This document shows, piece by piece, positions 20,197 through 30,456 of a DNA stretch of 64,000 nucleotides. Source of the stretch: an uncultured Clostridia bacterium (lineage in GTDB: Bacteria; Bacillota; Clostridia; TANB77; CAG-508); the NCBI GenBank assembly GCA_946529215.1, contig CAMMZC010000008.1:17656-81655 (forward strand), given 5' to 3'. Every line of letters starts with the position of its first letter. Positions within the stretch are counted from its first letter, which is position 1. Made by a program: the position numbers and the translations under genes. Below the pieces are notes generated by a model. The model saw nothing but the letters and a program-made list of their open reading frames with translations. It was not told where the DNA came from and did not search any database.

Positions 20197-20216
20197 CAAA
20201 AAAGGAAGGATAAAAA

Positions 20217-20645
20217 ATGGCTGATAATTTTAATATTTCTCCTGATATGGTCAATAATTTGATAAATATGCTTAAAAAAAACAGCTCTAATGAGCAATCC
20301 TCTCAAAACATTCAATCTGAAAATAGCACAAATATTAGTTACAATTCTCAATATAAGACCAATTCAAATACTTGTCAAAATAATCAATGCGAAACCAACA
20401 CTGATACTAATCAATCTAGCTCGCAATCTACTAATTCATCTACTAATATTGATTTTGAAACAATTATGAAACTTAAATCTATAATGGAAACATTAAACAA
20501 TTCAAATAATCAAGATAGTAATTTGCTTTATTCTTTAAAACCTTATTTACGTAAGAGTAGACAGGAAAAATTAGATCAATACATAAATATTCTTAAAATA
20601 ACTCAGGTTTCAAAACTTTTCAATAACAAATCTGATCACATATAA
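20217..20645 (+). CDS. Hypothetical N/Q/S-rich low-complexity protein (142 aa).
   Basis: RBS AAGGAAGGA 8 nt before the ATG. It lies 20 nt after the previous ORF. Shared 'NNLINMLKK' motif. Confidence 0.5.
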   Translation: MADNFNISPDMVNNLINMLKKNSSNEQSSQNIQSENSTNISYNSQYKTNSNTCQNNQCETNTDTNQSSSQSTNSSTNIDFETIMKLKSIMETLNNSNNQDSNLLYSLKPYLRKSRQEKLDQYINILKITQVSKLFNNKSDHI

Positions 20646-20790
20646 TTCTATGTGTTAATATTTAAATTGATATAAAACTTTGATTAATACATTGTTCTGT
20701 AAATTTTTTAAGTGCAAAATTTTCTATAAATAATTTCTGAGTAATACTTTTGTGGTATTGGAAAAACAGTTAGATTGGAGATGATATTAG

Positions 20791-21135
20791 ATGCATTTTT
20801 ATCCGCCTTTTAATATTCCATTTTTTTTTAATAATTATAGATATCCTAATAAACCTTTTAATCAAAGCACTCAAAATAGACAAAAATCTAACGAATTTTC
20901 AAATTATATTTCAACTTCAAATCAAAACTATATAGAACAAAGTAACTCTAACCAAAACAAAAAAGCTTCTAGTACCACTGAAAACAATGACACTTCTGAA
21001 GCTTTTTTTGAAATATTTGGCTTGAAGCTTTATTTTGATGATATTTTGATTATTTGTATATTGTTTTTTCTTTACTCTGAAAATGTGCATAATGATGAAT
21101 TGTTTATATGCCTAATTTTAATACTTCTTACATAG
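20791..21135 (+). CDS. Hypothetical N/Q-rich protein with a hydrophobic C-terminal segment (114 aa).
   Basis: ORF with upstream GGAGATG. The C-terminus FEIFGLKLYFDDILIICILFFLY is hydrophobic. Confidence 0.35.
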   Translation: MHFYPPFNIPFFFNNYRYPNKPFNQSTQNRQKSNEFSNYISTSNQNYIEQSNSNQNKKASSTTENNDTSEAFFEIFGLKLYFDDILIICILFFLYSENVHNDELFICLILILLT

Positions 21136-21181
21136 TTTATGTAGTTTCTATGCAAATTTGATCTTATATTAATAATACAAG

Positions 21182-21796
21182 CTATTCAATAATAATTTTG
21201 TCTTCATCAATATATGCATAAGCTAATTTACGAAGTGGTTCCTCTTCTCTGTTGAATTCTTTTACAATATTGGCAATTCTCATTTGAGCCGTATCTAATC
21301 TTCCTGCAGCAATAATCGCTTCTTTATTCCCTTTAGCTCCCGCATGTGCTAAACCTCTTAAAGCTCCTAAAACTACAATATTATCTGAGGCTATAACTTC
21401 TGCTCCAGAATTTACATCCCCAATTATAACAATACTTCTTTCTTCCTCTAATCTTTGACCTGATCTTAATGAACCTCTATGAAATTTTGTTTCAGATGTA
21501 GAAATTTCGCTTGCAAATGTTCTTTTTATATTAGACAACCCCATTTCTCTAGGCATATCAAATTCTATATCTACATCTAAGATATCTTTTATTATAGTTT
21601 CTATTTGTTCAATTTCTTTATTTTTTAATGCCCTTCCAATTACTTTTATAGGAGTTTTATCGTCCTTATAAATTTTCTTTAACTGAGTAGATCTCTTTTT
21701 TACTTCTTTTTTTATATCTTCAAATTCAGATCCATCATTAATTTTAAATACAACACAATTATTTCTCTGAAATACATTTAAACAACTACTTTTCAT
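21182..21796 (-). CDS. minC: Septum site-determining protein MinC.
   Basis: The C-terminal beta-helix signature IIGDVNSGAEVIASDNIVVLGALRGLAHAGAKGNKEAIIAAGRLDTAQMRIANIV matches the MinC C-terminal domain. Confidence 0.85.
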   Translation of the reverse strand: MKSSCLNVFQRNNCVVFKINDGSEFEDIKKEVKKRSTQLKKIYKDDKTPIKVIGRALKNKEIEQIETIIKDILDVDIEFDMPREMGLSNIKRTFASEISTSETKFHRGSLRSGQRLEEERSIVIIGDVNSGAEVIASDNIVVLGALRGLAHAGAKGNKEAIIAAGRLDTAQMRIANIVKEFNREEEPLRKLAYAYIDEDKIIIE

Positions 21797-21836
21797 TATA
21801 ATCTTCCCTTCACTTTATTGTTGATTTAATATGTCA

Positions 21837-23927
21837 TTAATTTATACTCTCCGTATATTTTTCCGCTTTATTATTCTCTTGTATTTCATCTGATTTTATA
21901 TTCATCCCAAAGTATTCTGCTATTATTTCTCTTACTACTTCTGCTGTATAATTACCATGTCCTCCATTTTCTACCATAACTACAACACATATTTCAGGGT
22001 TATCATATGGCGCGAATCCTGTAAACCAAGCGTTTACTTTGTTTCCTGGAGCTTCTGCTGACCCAGTTTTTCCTCCAATTTCTATTTCAAAATCTTTAAA
22101 TATATTATATGCAGTACCACCATCTTGAGCAACTGATTTCATTCCTTCTAGAACGATTTTTATATTATCTTTTGAAATTTTTAAGTCTTTTGAATCATCT
22201 TTTGGCAAATTTAATTTTTCTTTTACATATCTTTTTATTTGGCCTTTACTTTCTTCTGTTCCATCTGAATTTAAAACATTTTTTACCAAAGTTGGATTTA
22301 TTTGTTTTCCACCATTTGCCACTATTGCAGTATATTTAGCAATTTGTAATGGCGAAAAAGTGCTTTGCTGTCCTATTGCAGCTTGCAAAGTCCTTCCTCC
22401 AGACCAATTCTTTATTGTTTTTTTAGAAGCCATAATTCCTGCTGTTTCACTTGGAAGCTCTATGCCAGTTTTATTTCCTAATCCAAAGTACTTAGCATAT
22501 TTTTCCAAATCATCTATACCCATTCTATATGCTGTTTCAAAAAAGAAAAAGTTACATGACTTTTGAATAGCTTGTTTTACATTAACAAATCCATGTCCAT
22601 GATGTGATTGATTATATATCCAACATCTAGGCTGATAATCTCTATATCTAGTATAAATTCCTGTATCATTAATTTTTTCTGTTTTAGAAATAACTCCAGT
22701 CTCAAGTCCTGCTATTGCTGTTGCCATTTTGAAAACAGATCCAGGTTCATAAGCTCCAGATACAGCTTTATTGAACAAAGAATTTTGTTCTTTTATCTTT
22801 TTGTAATCTTCTGTACTTATACCACCTACCCATACATTTGGATTATAGTCAGGATAACTAGCCATAGCTCTTACTTCACCTGTTTTTACATCTAAAACAA
22901 CAACGCTTCCTCCTTCTGCATTATATTTTTTTCCAAATCCTCCTTTTTTTATTTTTTTAATGTTATTTTTTAATGCTTCTTCTGCAATTTTTTGAAGTTT
23001 AGCATCTATTGTAAGTACAACTGTTGACCCTTGCTCTGCATCTTTTGTTACAGTACTTCCTGTTACTGCACCATCTACGGACATTTCTATTTCTTCTTTT
23101 CCATCTTTTCCTCTTAAATAGCTTTCAAACATATTTTCTATTCCAGTTCTACCAACATAATCATCATTTTTGTATGGATTATCACTTTCTTTACTTGCAT
23201 TATATTCCTCTTGTCCTATTCTTCCAATATAGCCTAAAATATGTGAAGCTAAATTTCCATATCCATATACTCTTTCAGAATCTGTTGATATTGTTATTCC
23301 TGGATAATCTGTATTTTTTTCACTAATTTGTGCAACCACTTCTCTTGATACATTTTTTGCAATAGATAAAGATTTAGTACTACTATATCCTTTTGTTGTA
23401 ATTTCATATCTTATAGCTATTATTTTTTTTATGTCATTCCAATCCTCGTTTGTAATTTTATATTTTTTCACAAAATAATTTATAACATCTTGTTCTTTTG
23501 AATTTTCACTTAATTTATAATTTTTTAACCATTTTTTTAGTTCTTCACCTTTTATTGTAAATTTCTTGTCTTTATTGATTGGAAAATTATCTGGATAATC
23601 TGCTTTATTTTTAGATAATAATTTAGTTATATTTAATATGCATTTATTTAATGTTTCATCATCTGATTTGATTTTGTATAAAGATAAATTAAAAGTCGTT
23701 TTTGTGGTAGCAAGTACATTTCCAGTTCTATCTAAGATATCTCCTCTTGTTGCCTCTAATGTACTCTCTCTTGATAACCTTGTATTTGATATTTCTCTAT
23801 ATTCGGCTCCATGCACTATTTGTAAGTTAAATAGTCTTACTAGTAGAACAATACCTACAACATAAACCACCACAGTTAGAATATTAAATCTTAAATTTAC
23901 ATTTTCTTTTTTGATTCTTTTTTTCAA
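21837..23927 (-). CDS. mrdA: Penicillin-binding protein 2 (elongation-specific transpeptidase).
   Basis: N-terminal TM segment. Transpeptidase motifs SVFK (SxxK), SCN (SxN) and KTG(S). It sits directly downstream of mreBCD. Confidence 0.85.
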   Translation of the reverse strand: MKKRIKKENVNLRFNILTVVVYVVGIVLLVRLFNLQIVHGAEYREISNTRLSRESTLEATRGDILDRTGNVLATTKTTFNLSLYKIKSDDETLNKCILNITKLLSKNKADYPDNFPINKDKKFTIKGEELKKWLKNYKLSENSKEQDVINYFVKKYKITNEDWNDIKKIIAIRYEITTKGYSSTKSLSIAKNVSREVVAQISEKNTDYPGITISTDSERVYGYGNLASHILGYIGRIGQEEYNASKESDNPYKNDDYVGRTGIENMFESYLRGKDGKEEIEMSVDGAVTGSTVTKDAEQGSTVVLTIDAKLQKIAEEALKNNIKKIKKGGFGKKYNAEGGSVVVLDVKTGEVRAMASYPDYNPNVWVGGISTEDYKKIKEQNSLFNKAVSGAYEPGSVFKMATAIAGLETGVISKTEKINDTGIYTRYRDYQPRCWIYNQSHHGHGFVNVKQAIQKSCNFFFFETAYRMGIDDLEKYAKYFGLGNKTGIELPSETAGIMASKKTIKNWSGGRTLQAAIGQQSTFSPLQIAKYTAIVANGGKQINPTLVKNVLNSDGTEESKGQIKRYVKEKLNLPKDDSKDLKISKDNIKIVLEGMKSVAQDGGTAYNIFKDFEIEIGGKTGSAEAPGNKVNAWFTGFAPYDNPEICVVVMVENGGHGNYTAEVVREIIAEYFGMNIKSDEIQENNKAEKYTESIN

Positions 23928-23982
23928 TCTATTATTTCACCTCGATTTTTAATACATCTAAATAAATATATCTTTTTTAGTT

Positions 23983-24516
23983 CTAAAAATATCTAGTCAA
24001 AATTTTATTTCCTTTATACTCATTTTCTACTTTGTTTCCTAGTTTGCGCATTAATGGATACAAAATAATTGTAAGTATTGCATTATAAAAACACTCTATT
24101 AGTAAAATCTCAATAAATGGTAAAAACTCTATATATACTCTGTTTATTATATACAAAATTAAATTCTCTCCAAGTTCAAAAACAAATGTTGAAATCATCA
24201 CCATTATTATTAGAGTAATTCTATTTTCCTTTGAAAAATTTTTATCAAATGCTGTGCCAATTGCTCCAACAACCCCAAGCATAATTGCAGTAATTCCTAT
24301 TTTTTTGGCAATAAATAAATCTATCAATAATCCAAAAATTATTCCATATATTACTCCCATATACTTATTTGAATATAATCCTATAAATAATACTAATATT
24401 ACAAATAAATTTGGCATTACTCCTGCTATTTTAAACCATGTAAAAAGATTTGATTGCAAAAAATATATCACCCAAAAAACTAATATGATAATAATGTTTA
24501 TTACAAATTTTTTCAC
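23983..24516 (-). CDS. mreD: Rod shape-determining protein MreD.
   Basis: A 177-aa polytopic membrane protein immediately downstream of mreC in the conserved mreBCD arrangement. Confidence 0.7.
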   Translation of the reverse strand: MKKFVINIIIILVFWVIYFLQSNLFTWFKIAGVMPNLFVILVLFIGLYSNKYMGVIYGIIFGLLIDLFIAKKIGITAIMLGVVGAIGTAFDKNFSKENRITLIIMVMISTFVFELGENLILYIINRVYIEFLPFIEILLIECFYNAILTIILYPLMRKLGNKVENEYKGNKILTRYF

Positions 24517-24558
24517 AATACAAACCTCCCTTTTAATATATTAGTTTAGCATGTAATT

Positions 24559-25377
24559 CTAGTTATTTTTAATTACTAAAACTGACTCTAATTTTTTAAA
24601 ATTAACCGCAACAGAAACCAGTGCATATCTATTAGTTAAATCTGCAGTATTTTCTACTTTTTCTACTGTACCAATATAGATACCTTTTTGATAAATTCCA
24701 CCCAATCCTGAAGTTTCTATTGTATCTCCTTGTGAAACTATTGCATCCATTGGAATATACATTGCTTTTAATTGATTGTCATTGTTTAAAACTCCTTTAC
24801 ATACAATACTATCTCTTGATGTACTAAGTAATGCACTCGTAGAACTTGAACTATCTATTATTGTCTGTACTTTAGATGTTGAATCAGTTACTGAAATAAT
24901 ATGTCCAACTAATCCTTCTGCTGCAATAACTGTCATACCTTCTTTAATTCCATCCTTAGTTCCTATGTTTATAACAATATTTTTTGAATAGTTACTTATG
25001 TCTCTATTTATTACATCTGCTGGAACAGCAACATAATCACTATATTTCTCTTTTAAATTAAGATATTGTTTTAAACTCTCATTCTGAGCTTTAATACTCT
25101 CTAATTCTCTTAATTTTTCTTCTAATTCTGTATTTTTCTTTTGTAAATTTTCATTATCTTGTTTTAAATTATTTACATTTGCAAAAAAAGATGAGTTTCC
25201 ATTTAATTTATTTTTTAAATATGTTAATCCATTTTGAACAGGCATTACTACTTTATTAGCTATATTTTCAAAATAAGATAATTTACTATTTTGTATATTT
25301 GTTAAAATAAACAATATAATTAAAACTAAAATAGCTATTATAACTCCCACTATTCCATATTTCTTTTTATTATACAT
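24559..25377 (-). CDS. mreC: Rod shape-determining protein MreC.
   Basis: N-terminal TM segment, a coiled-coil segment (NENLQKKNTELEEKLRELESIKAQNESLKQ) and a beta-rich C-terminus. It sits between mreB and mreD. Confidence 0.8.
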   Translation of the reverse strand: MYNKKKYGIVGVIIAILVLIILFILTNIQNSKLSYFENIANKVVMPVQNGLTYLKNKLNGNSSFFANVNNLKQDNENLQKKNTELEEKLRELESIKAQNESLKQYLNLKEKYSDYVAVPADVINRDISNYSKNIVINIGTKDGIKEGMTVIAAEGLVGHIISVTDSTSKVQTIIDSSSSTSALLSTSRDSIVCKGVLNNDNQLKAMYIPMDAIVSQGDTIETSGLGGIYQKGIYIGTVEKVENTADLTNRYALVSVAVNFKKLESVLVIKNN

Positions 25378-25430
25378 TTGAATTCCTTTCTAAATAAATT
25401 TTGTTGTAAATCTTTAAATTTATTTACAAC

Positions 25431-26474
25431 TTAATTTCTTCTCTTTCGATTATTGATTAATACTGGTTTTAGTCTTTCAAGCTCTTCTAAGACTTTTCCT
25501 GTTCCTCTTACAACACACTCTAGTGGTTCATCTGCAATATATACTGGCATATTTGTTTCATCACTTAAAAGTTTATCTAAATTTTTAAGTAAGGCTCCTC
25601 CACCTGTTAAAACAATTCCTTTTTCTACTAAATCTGCAGCAAGTTCTGGAGGTGTTTTTTCTAAAGTTAATTTAACTGCTTCTACAATTCTCGAAATTGA
25701 TTCTTTTAATGCATACATAATTTGTGTAGATGTAATTGTTATATTTCTTGGAAGTCCAGTGTTTAAATCTCTTCCTCTTATTTCCATACTTTCTTGTGTC
25801 ATTAATGGAGATGCACATCCAAGTTCAATCTTTATTTCTTCTGCTGTAGTATATCCAATTGAAAGACTATGTTCTTTTTTTATATAATTTATAATATCTT
25901 CATCTAATTCATCTCCTGCAATCCTTAAAGAGTTGCTAACTACTATTCCTCCTAAAGATATAACTGCAACTTCTGTCGTTCCTGCTCCTAAATCTACAAC
26001 CATACTTCCACTTGGTTCTTCTACATGTAAACCTGCTCCAATTGCAGCTGCCATAGGCTCTTCTACCAAATACACTTCTCTTGCTCCTGCAAAAATTGTT
26101 GATTCTTCTACTGCTCTTTCTTCTACCTCTGTTATTCCATATGGCACACCTACAACTGCTCTTGGTCTTCTAGAATTGTATTTTTGATTTACCTTTTTTA
26201 ATATATTTTTTAGTAAAAGTCTTGTAGCAGTATAATCTGCTATAACTCCATCATTCATAGGTCTTACTGCTTTTATAGTTTCTGGAGTTCTTCCAAGCAT
26301 TTCTTTTGCTTCAAATCCTGTGGCTAAAATTTTACCAGTCTTTATATCTGTTGCAACAACTGCAGGTTCTTTAAGTACAACTCCCTTGCCCTTTAATGTA
26401 ACTAAAATATTTGATGTTCCTAAATCAATTCCTACATCTTTTGAATTCAAACCAAATAAGCCCATTTTCTTCAT
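25431..26474 (-). CDS. mreB: Rod shape-determining actin homolog MreB.
   Basis: Actin-fold motifs: GIDLGTSN (phosphate 1), VVDLGAGTTEVAV, LTGGGALL. Confidence 0.9.
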   Translation of the reverse strand: MKKMGLFGLNSKDVGIDLGTSNILVTLKGKGVVLKEPAVVATDIKTGKILATGFEAKEMLGRTPETIKAVRPMNDGVIADYTATRLLLKNILKKVNQKYNSRRPRAVVGVPYGITEVEERAVEESTIFAGAREVYLVEEPMAAAIGAGLHVEEPSGSMVVDLGAGTTEVAVISLGGIVVSNSLRIAGDELDEDIINYIKKEHSLSIGYTTAEEIKIELGCASPLMTQESMEIRGRDLNTGLPRNITITSTQIMYALKESISRIVEAVKLTLEKTPPELAADLVEKGIVLTGGGALLKNLDKLLSDETNMPVYIADEPLECVVRGTGKVLEELERLKPVLINNRKRRN

Positions 26475-26610
26475 TCCTTTCCAAGTCTTTAACTTACTTT
26501 CTGTTGGAAAAGAATTGGTATTTTAGCAAGTCAACATTTTACGCAAAAGCGGAGCATACTTTTTGTATGTGAACATTTTTAAGTAAAATTTTAACACAAC
26601 TAAAATCCAA

Positions 26611-27324
26611 TTATTTTTCAACTAATATGCTTCTATACTTCATATTGCCAATAACAATATGATCTACTAATTCTATTTTTAAAATTTCTGCCGCTTCTTT
26701 AAGTTTATTTGTAACCATAAAATCCGCACCTGATGGAGTCGGATCTCCACTCGGATGATTATGTACCAATATTATTTTGGGAGCATTTATCTTTACGGTT
26801 TCTGAAAGTATATATCTTATATTTAAATTTGAAAAATTTCCTGACCCTATAGCCACATCTAATATTTTTGTAACAACATTTTTGTTATTCAAAAATAAAA
26901 CTTTTGCTATTTCTCTTTTTTCAAATCTTAAATCATTCATTAGTAGTTTCGCAACATCATTTGGACTTTTTATCTGTACTTTTTTGTAATTGCTTGGTTT
27001 ACTCATTCTTGTAGCTAATTCACATACTGCTTTTATTTGTATTGCCTTAACTCTTCCGATTCCTTTTAAATTCATAAGCTCTTCTAAACTTAAGTCTCTT
27101 AAAAAATTTAGGTCTCCTCTATCTTCATTTGTATTTAAGTTTATAATTTCGTTTGCCATCTCTACAGATGTTTTCTCTTTTGTTCCATTTTTAATTATTA
27201 TTGCCAGTAATTCAGCATTTGATAATGCTTTTTCTCCATATAATTCTAATTTTTCATATGGTCTTTCCATTTCAGGTAATTCTTTTATTTTCAAGTCTGC
27301 ATCCTTTCTGCCCCTATACCCCAA
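26611..27324 (-). CDS. radC: RadC-like JAMM/MPN-domain protein (UPF0758).
   Basis: HNHPSGDPTPS JAMM motif and an N-terminal HhH-like segment (LSNAELLAIIIKNGTK). The true start may instead be the TTG at 27294 (MKIKELPEMERP...), which has an AAAGGA RBS. Confidence 0.8.
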   Translation of the reverse strand: MGYRGRKDADLKIKELPEMERPYEKLELYGEKALSNAELLAIIIKNGTKEKTSVEMANEIINLNTNEDRGDLNFLRDLSLEELMNLKGIGRVKAIQIKAVCELATRMSKPSNYKKVQIKSPNDVAKLLMNDLRFEKREIAKVLFLNNKNVVTKILDVAIGSGNFSNLNIRYILSETVKINAPKIILVHNHPSGDPTPSGADFMVTNKLKEAAEILKIELVDHIVIGNMKYRSILVEK

Positions 27325-27373
27325 CTTTCATTTAATAATCTACAATTCAATATTATTTAATTATTTTCTTTTA

Positions 27374-27640
27374 TTATACCTTTCTATATACAATTAAAGA
27401 AATAATTACTCCAATTATGCTTGCAATATTTATTTTTATAGTAAGCCCTAATGTTAAAGTTAAAACATTCAAATCAAGAATTACAGGATCTCTAAGTCCA
27501 AATTCTTCCCCATAAGACAGCCAACTTAGCCCATTTATATTTGCAGTTAAATTTCCTATTAATCCTCCTATTACTAATCCTGCTAAAACAAATAATATTG
27601 AAACTACTCTTCCTCTGTCTTTTACTGCCATTTTTCTCAC
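27374..27640 (-). CDS. Small membrane protein, DUF4321-like.
   Basis: An 88-aa protein with two hydrophobic segments. It lies upstream of radC-mreB, where this family commonly occurs. Confidence 0.5.
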   Translation of the reverse strand: MRKMAVKDRGRVVSILFVLAGLVIGGLIGNLTANINGLSWLSYGEEFGLRDPVILDLNVLTLTLGLTIKINIASIIGVIISLIVYRKV

Positions 27641-27924
27641 GTTCCTCTCTTTAAATAATTATTAAACTCCTATGTCCGTAATTTTATCTTTACATATTAT
27701 ATATTGAAATTTATTTTTTTTCAAGTAAAATGTAGATTTTTTTTAATTTTTATGTTATATTTTTATTACTGATTTACAATTTATTAGTTTTTCAAAAAAT
27801 AGCTTAAAAAAAGTAAATTATAATTTGTAAATAATAATATATTTATTACCAAAAATTGTGTCTTTAAATATAATAATAATAGTAGTATAATATAAATAGA
27901 TAAATAAATAAAATGGAGGCCTTT

Positions 27925-28554
27925 ATGAAAATAGAAAAACTTACAGATAATAAAATAAGAATCATATTCAATATAGATGATTTAGCTAAGAAAAATATTG
28001 ATATACATTCTTTAATAAAAAATACCGACGGAACTCAAAAATTTTTCAAAAAATTATTAAAAGAAGCAGAAAAAGAAGTAGGTTTTGACACTCAGGATTC
28101 TAAGCTTTTAATTGAAGCATTTATTTCTAATGATGGATTTTTTATTTTAACATTTACAAAAATAACAAATGAATCACAAAAAAAGTCTGTCTTACCTAAA
28201 GTAAAAAGAAAAAAATTAGATTTATCTTCTAAATATGCAATATATCAATTTGAAAATTTTAATGAATTTTGTAATTTTTGTACATATTTAAAAAATTCTA
28301 AATTAGGTAGTTTAAAAAAATTTGCAAAAAAAATTTCACTTTATGAATATAACTCTAAATATTTTTTAGTGTTTGCCGATATAGATACAGAATTTAAAGA
28401 TTCATCTCTAGTTTATGTTTCTATATGTGAATTTGCAAAACTTGCAAGTAATTCTCCTTGTTTTTCTAGTAGATTATTAGAATATGGGAAAACAATCTAC
28501 AAAAATAATGCTATTCAAAACGGAATAAATTTTGCTGAAACGAATATACATTAA
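27925..28554 (+). CDS. mecA: Adaptor protein MecA (ClpC adaptor).
   Basis: N-terminus MKIEKLTDNKIRIIF...GF...LLIEAF. C-terminus LYEYNSKYFLVFAD...RLLEYGKTIY, which parallels B. subtilis MecA LYSFENRYYLYVDF...RLEEYGKLII. GGAGG lies 7 nt before this ATG. The listed ORF begins 4 codons earlier, with no RBS. Confidence 0.75.
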   Translation: MKIEKLTDNKIRIIFNIDDLAKKNIDIHSLIKNTDGTQKFFKKLLKEAEKEVGFDTQDSKLLIEAFISNDGFFILTFTKITNESQKKSVLPKVKRKKLDLSSKYAIYQFENFNEFCNFCTYLKNSKLGSLKKFAKKISLYEYNSKYFLVFADIDTEFKDSSLVYVSICEFAKLASNSPCFSSRLLEYGKTIYKNNAIQNGINFAETNIH

Positions 28555-28607
28555 TAAGTACTATTTAATAGTTTTTAATTACAGTTGCAAAAAATTCTAG
28601 CAAGTAC

Positions 28608-28636
28608 TTGACAAATACTATAATTTCTGTTATATT
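28608..28636 (+). promoter_or_regulatory. Sigma-A promoter of the tRNA-Gly/tRNA-Cys operon: TTGACA-17 nt-TATATT.
   Basis: ttgacaaatactataatttctgttatatt ends 12 nt before the tRNA-Gly 5' end. Confidence 0.6.
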
Positions 28637-28648
28637 AGTATTTGAGTT

Positions 28649-28724
28649 GCGGGAATAGCTCAGTTGATAGAGCGCTGCCTTGCCAAGGCAGAGGTCGCGG
28701 GTTTGAGCCCCGTTTCCCGCTCCA
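28649..28724 (+). tRNA. tRNA-Gly (anticodon GCC).
   Basis: A 76-nt cloverleaf: GCGGGAA acceptor stem, anticodon loop cttGCCaag, T-arm GGGTTTGAGCCCC, and an encoded CCA. Confidence 0.93.
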
Positions 28725-28803
28725 ATTTTTATTCTATATTCGTTTTATTGCATATATACTATATATGTTTAATTTATGCAAAATTATATAGTTTAAAGTT
28801 TAT

Positions 28804-28877
28804 GGCGACATAGCCAAGTGGTAAGGCACGAGTCTGCAAAACTCTGATCCCCGGTTCAAATCCGGGTGTCGCCTCCA
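28804..28877 (+). tRNA. tRNA-Cys (anticodon GCA).
   Basis: A 74-nt cloverleaf: GGCGACA acceptor stem, anticodon loop tctGCAaaa, T-arm CCGGTTCAAATCCGG, and an encoded CCA. Confidence 0.93.
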
Positions 28878-28889
28878 AAAAGAAATCAG

Positions 28890-28921
28890 AAAAGCGAAAG
28901 ATTTTATTCCTTCGCTTTTTT
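28890..28921 (+). terminator. Rho-independent terminator after tRNA-Cys.
   Basis: aaaagcgaaagattttattccttcgctttttt: a 10-11 bp stem followed by a T-run. Confidence 0.7.
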
Positions 28922-29081
28922 AATGTAATTATTTACCATTCTTATTATATACTTAAAATAGTTTTTTCAACTACTTTGGAATAAATAAATTGTATTATTA
29001 TATTCACTTAATTTTACTTGTAATTTTTATCCAAATACTATATAGTATATATAATATATATTACAAAAAAGGAATGATACT

Positions 29082-30407
29082 ATGAAAATAACAAGATATG
29101 AAACAAATTTTAATCAAAACTTATTTTTTAACAAAACAGAACTCAAAGCAAAACGAATGCCAAAAAGATTTGAAAGCTATCTTATAAACATTTATCCAGA
29201 AATAACCTATCAAAAAATAATAGGCTTTGGAGGAGCTGTCACAGAAGCTTCAGGTTACGCTTTCAGCAAACTTCCTCAAGAAAAAAAAGAAAATCTTATA
29301 AATGATTACTTTTCTCCTGATGGAATAAATTATTCTATAACCAGAATTCCAATAGGAAGTTGTGACTTTTCAATTAAACCCTATGCATATGCTTCAAAAC
29401 GTGATTTATCTGATTTTAGCATAGATAAAGATAAACAATATATAATTCCATTTTTAAAAAATGCTCTTGAGAAAAATCCAAATTTAGAATTTCTTGCATC
29501 TCCTTGGAGCCCTCCTTGGTTTATGAAAAACACTAGATTGGTTGTTTTAGGTGGAAAATTACGCTTTAGCTATAAACAAAAATGGGCAGATTATTTTGCA
29601 AAATATATAAATGCTTACAAAAATGAAGGTTTTAATATAAATTATGTAACAGTTCAAAATGAGCCTAATGCAATTCAAACTTGGGAGTCTTGCTTATATG
29701 ATGCAAAACATGAAGCTAACTTTGCAATTAATTATCTGTATCCAACTTTTAAAAAAAATAATATAGACACAAAAATTCTTATTTGGGATCATAACAAAGA
29801 TAGAGTTTATTCTAGAGCAAAAGAAGAACTCTCTGTAGAGGGAGGAAATGAAGCAATCTCTGGTGTTGCTTTTCATTACTATTCTGGGGATCATTTTGAA
29901 AACTTAAAATTATTCCATGATATGTATCCTGACAAATTACTTATACATACAGAATGTTGTACAGGCTATTCTAATTTTAAACAATGTGACGAAATTCCAA
30001 ATGGAGAACTTTATGGACATGAAATTTGTGGTGATTTAAATTCAGGTGCAAATGCATTTATAGATTGGAACATAATGCTTGACCATGAAGGTGGGCCAAA
30101 CCATAAAAATAATTTCTGCAATAGTCCTTGTATGCTAAATGAAGACTCTTCTGACTATATAAAAAATTTAACTTATTATTATATCGGTCATTTTAGCAAA
30201 TTTATTAAGGTTGGTGCCAAAAGAATTGCATTTAGTAAATATACAGATAAGCTTGAGATGTGCAGTTTTAAAAATCCTGATAATTCAATAACCATTGTTA
30301 TTATGAATAAATATGATTGGGATATTGATTATAATTTGTGCATTAATGAAAATTTAATTTATGATACAATAGCAAGCCATTCAATTGCAACCCTAATTTT
30401 GAACTAA
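29082..30407 (+). CDS. Glycoside hydrolase family 30 (glucosylceramidase / O-glycosyl hydrolase family 30-like).
   Basis: FGGAVTEAS near the N-terminus and a VTVQNEPN catalytic acid/base segment, typical of GH30 / clan GH-A. No signal peptide is evident. Confidence 0.7.
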   Translation: MKITRYETNFNQNLFFNKTELKAKRMPKRFESYLINIYPEITYQKIIGFGGAVTEASGYAFSKLPQEKKENLINDYFSPDGINYSITRIPIGSCDFSIKPYAYASKRDLSDFSIDKDKQYIIPFLKNALEKNPNLEFLASPWSPPWFMKNTRLVVLGGKLRFSYKQKWADYFAKYINAYKNEGFNINYVTVQNEPNAIQTWESCLYDAKHEANFAINYLYPTFKKNNIDTKILIWDHNKDRVYSRAKEELSVEGGNEAISGVAFHYYSGDHFENLKLFHDMYPDKLLIHTECCTGYSNFKQCDEIPNGELYGHEICGDLNSGANAFIDWNIMLDHEGGPNHKNNFCNSPCMLNEDSSDYIKNLTYYYIGHFSKFIKVGAKRIAFSKYTDKLEMCSFKNPDNSITIVIMNKYDWDIDYNLCINENLIYDTIASHSIATLILN

Positions 30408-30456
30408 TATCAAAAAGCGATGTATTTTTTCTCAAAAATTACACCGCTTCTCTTTT

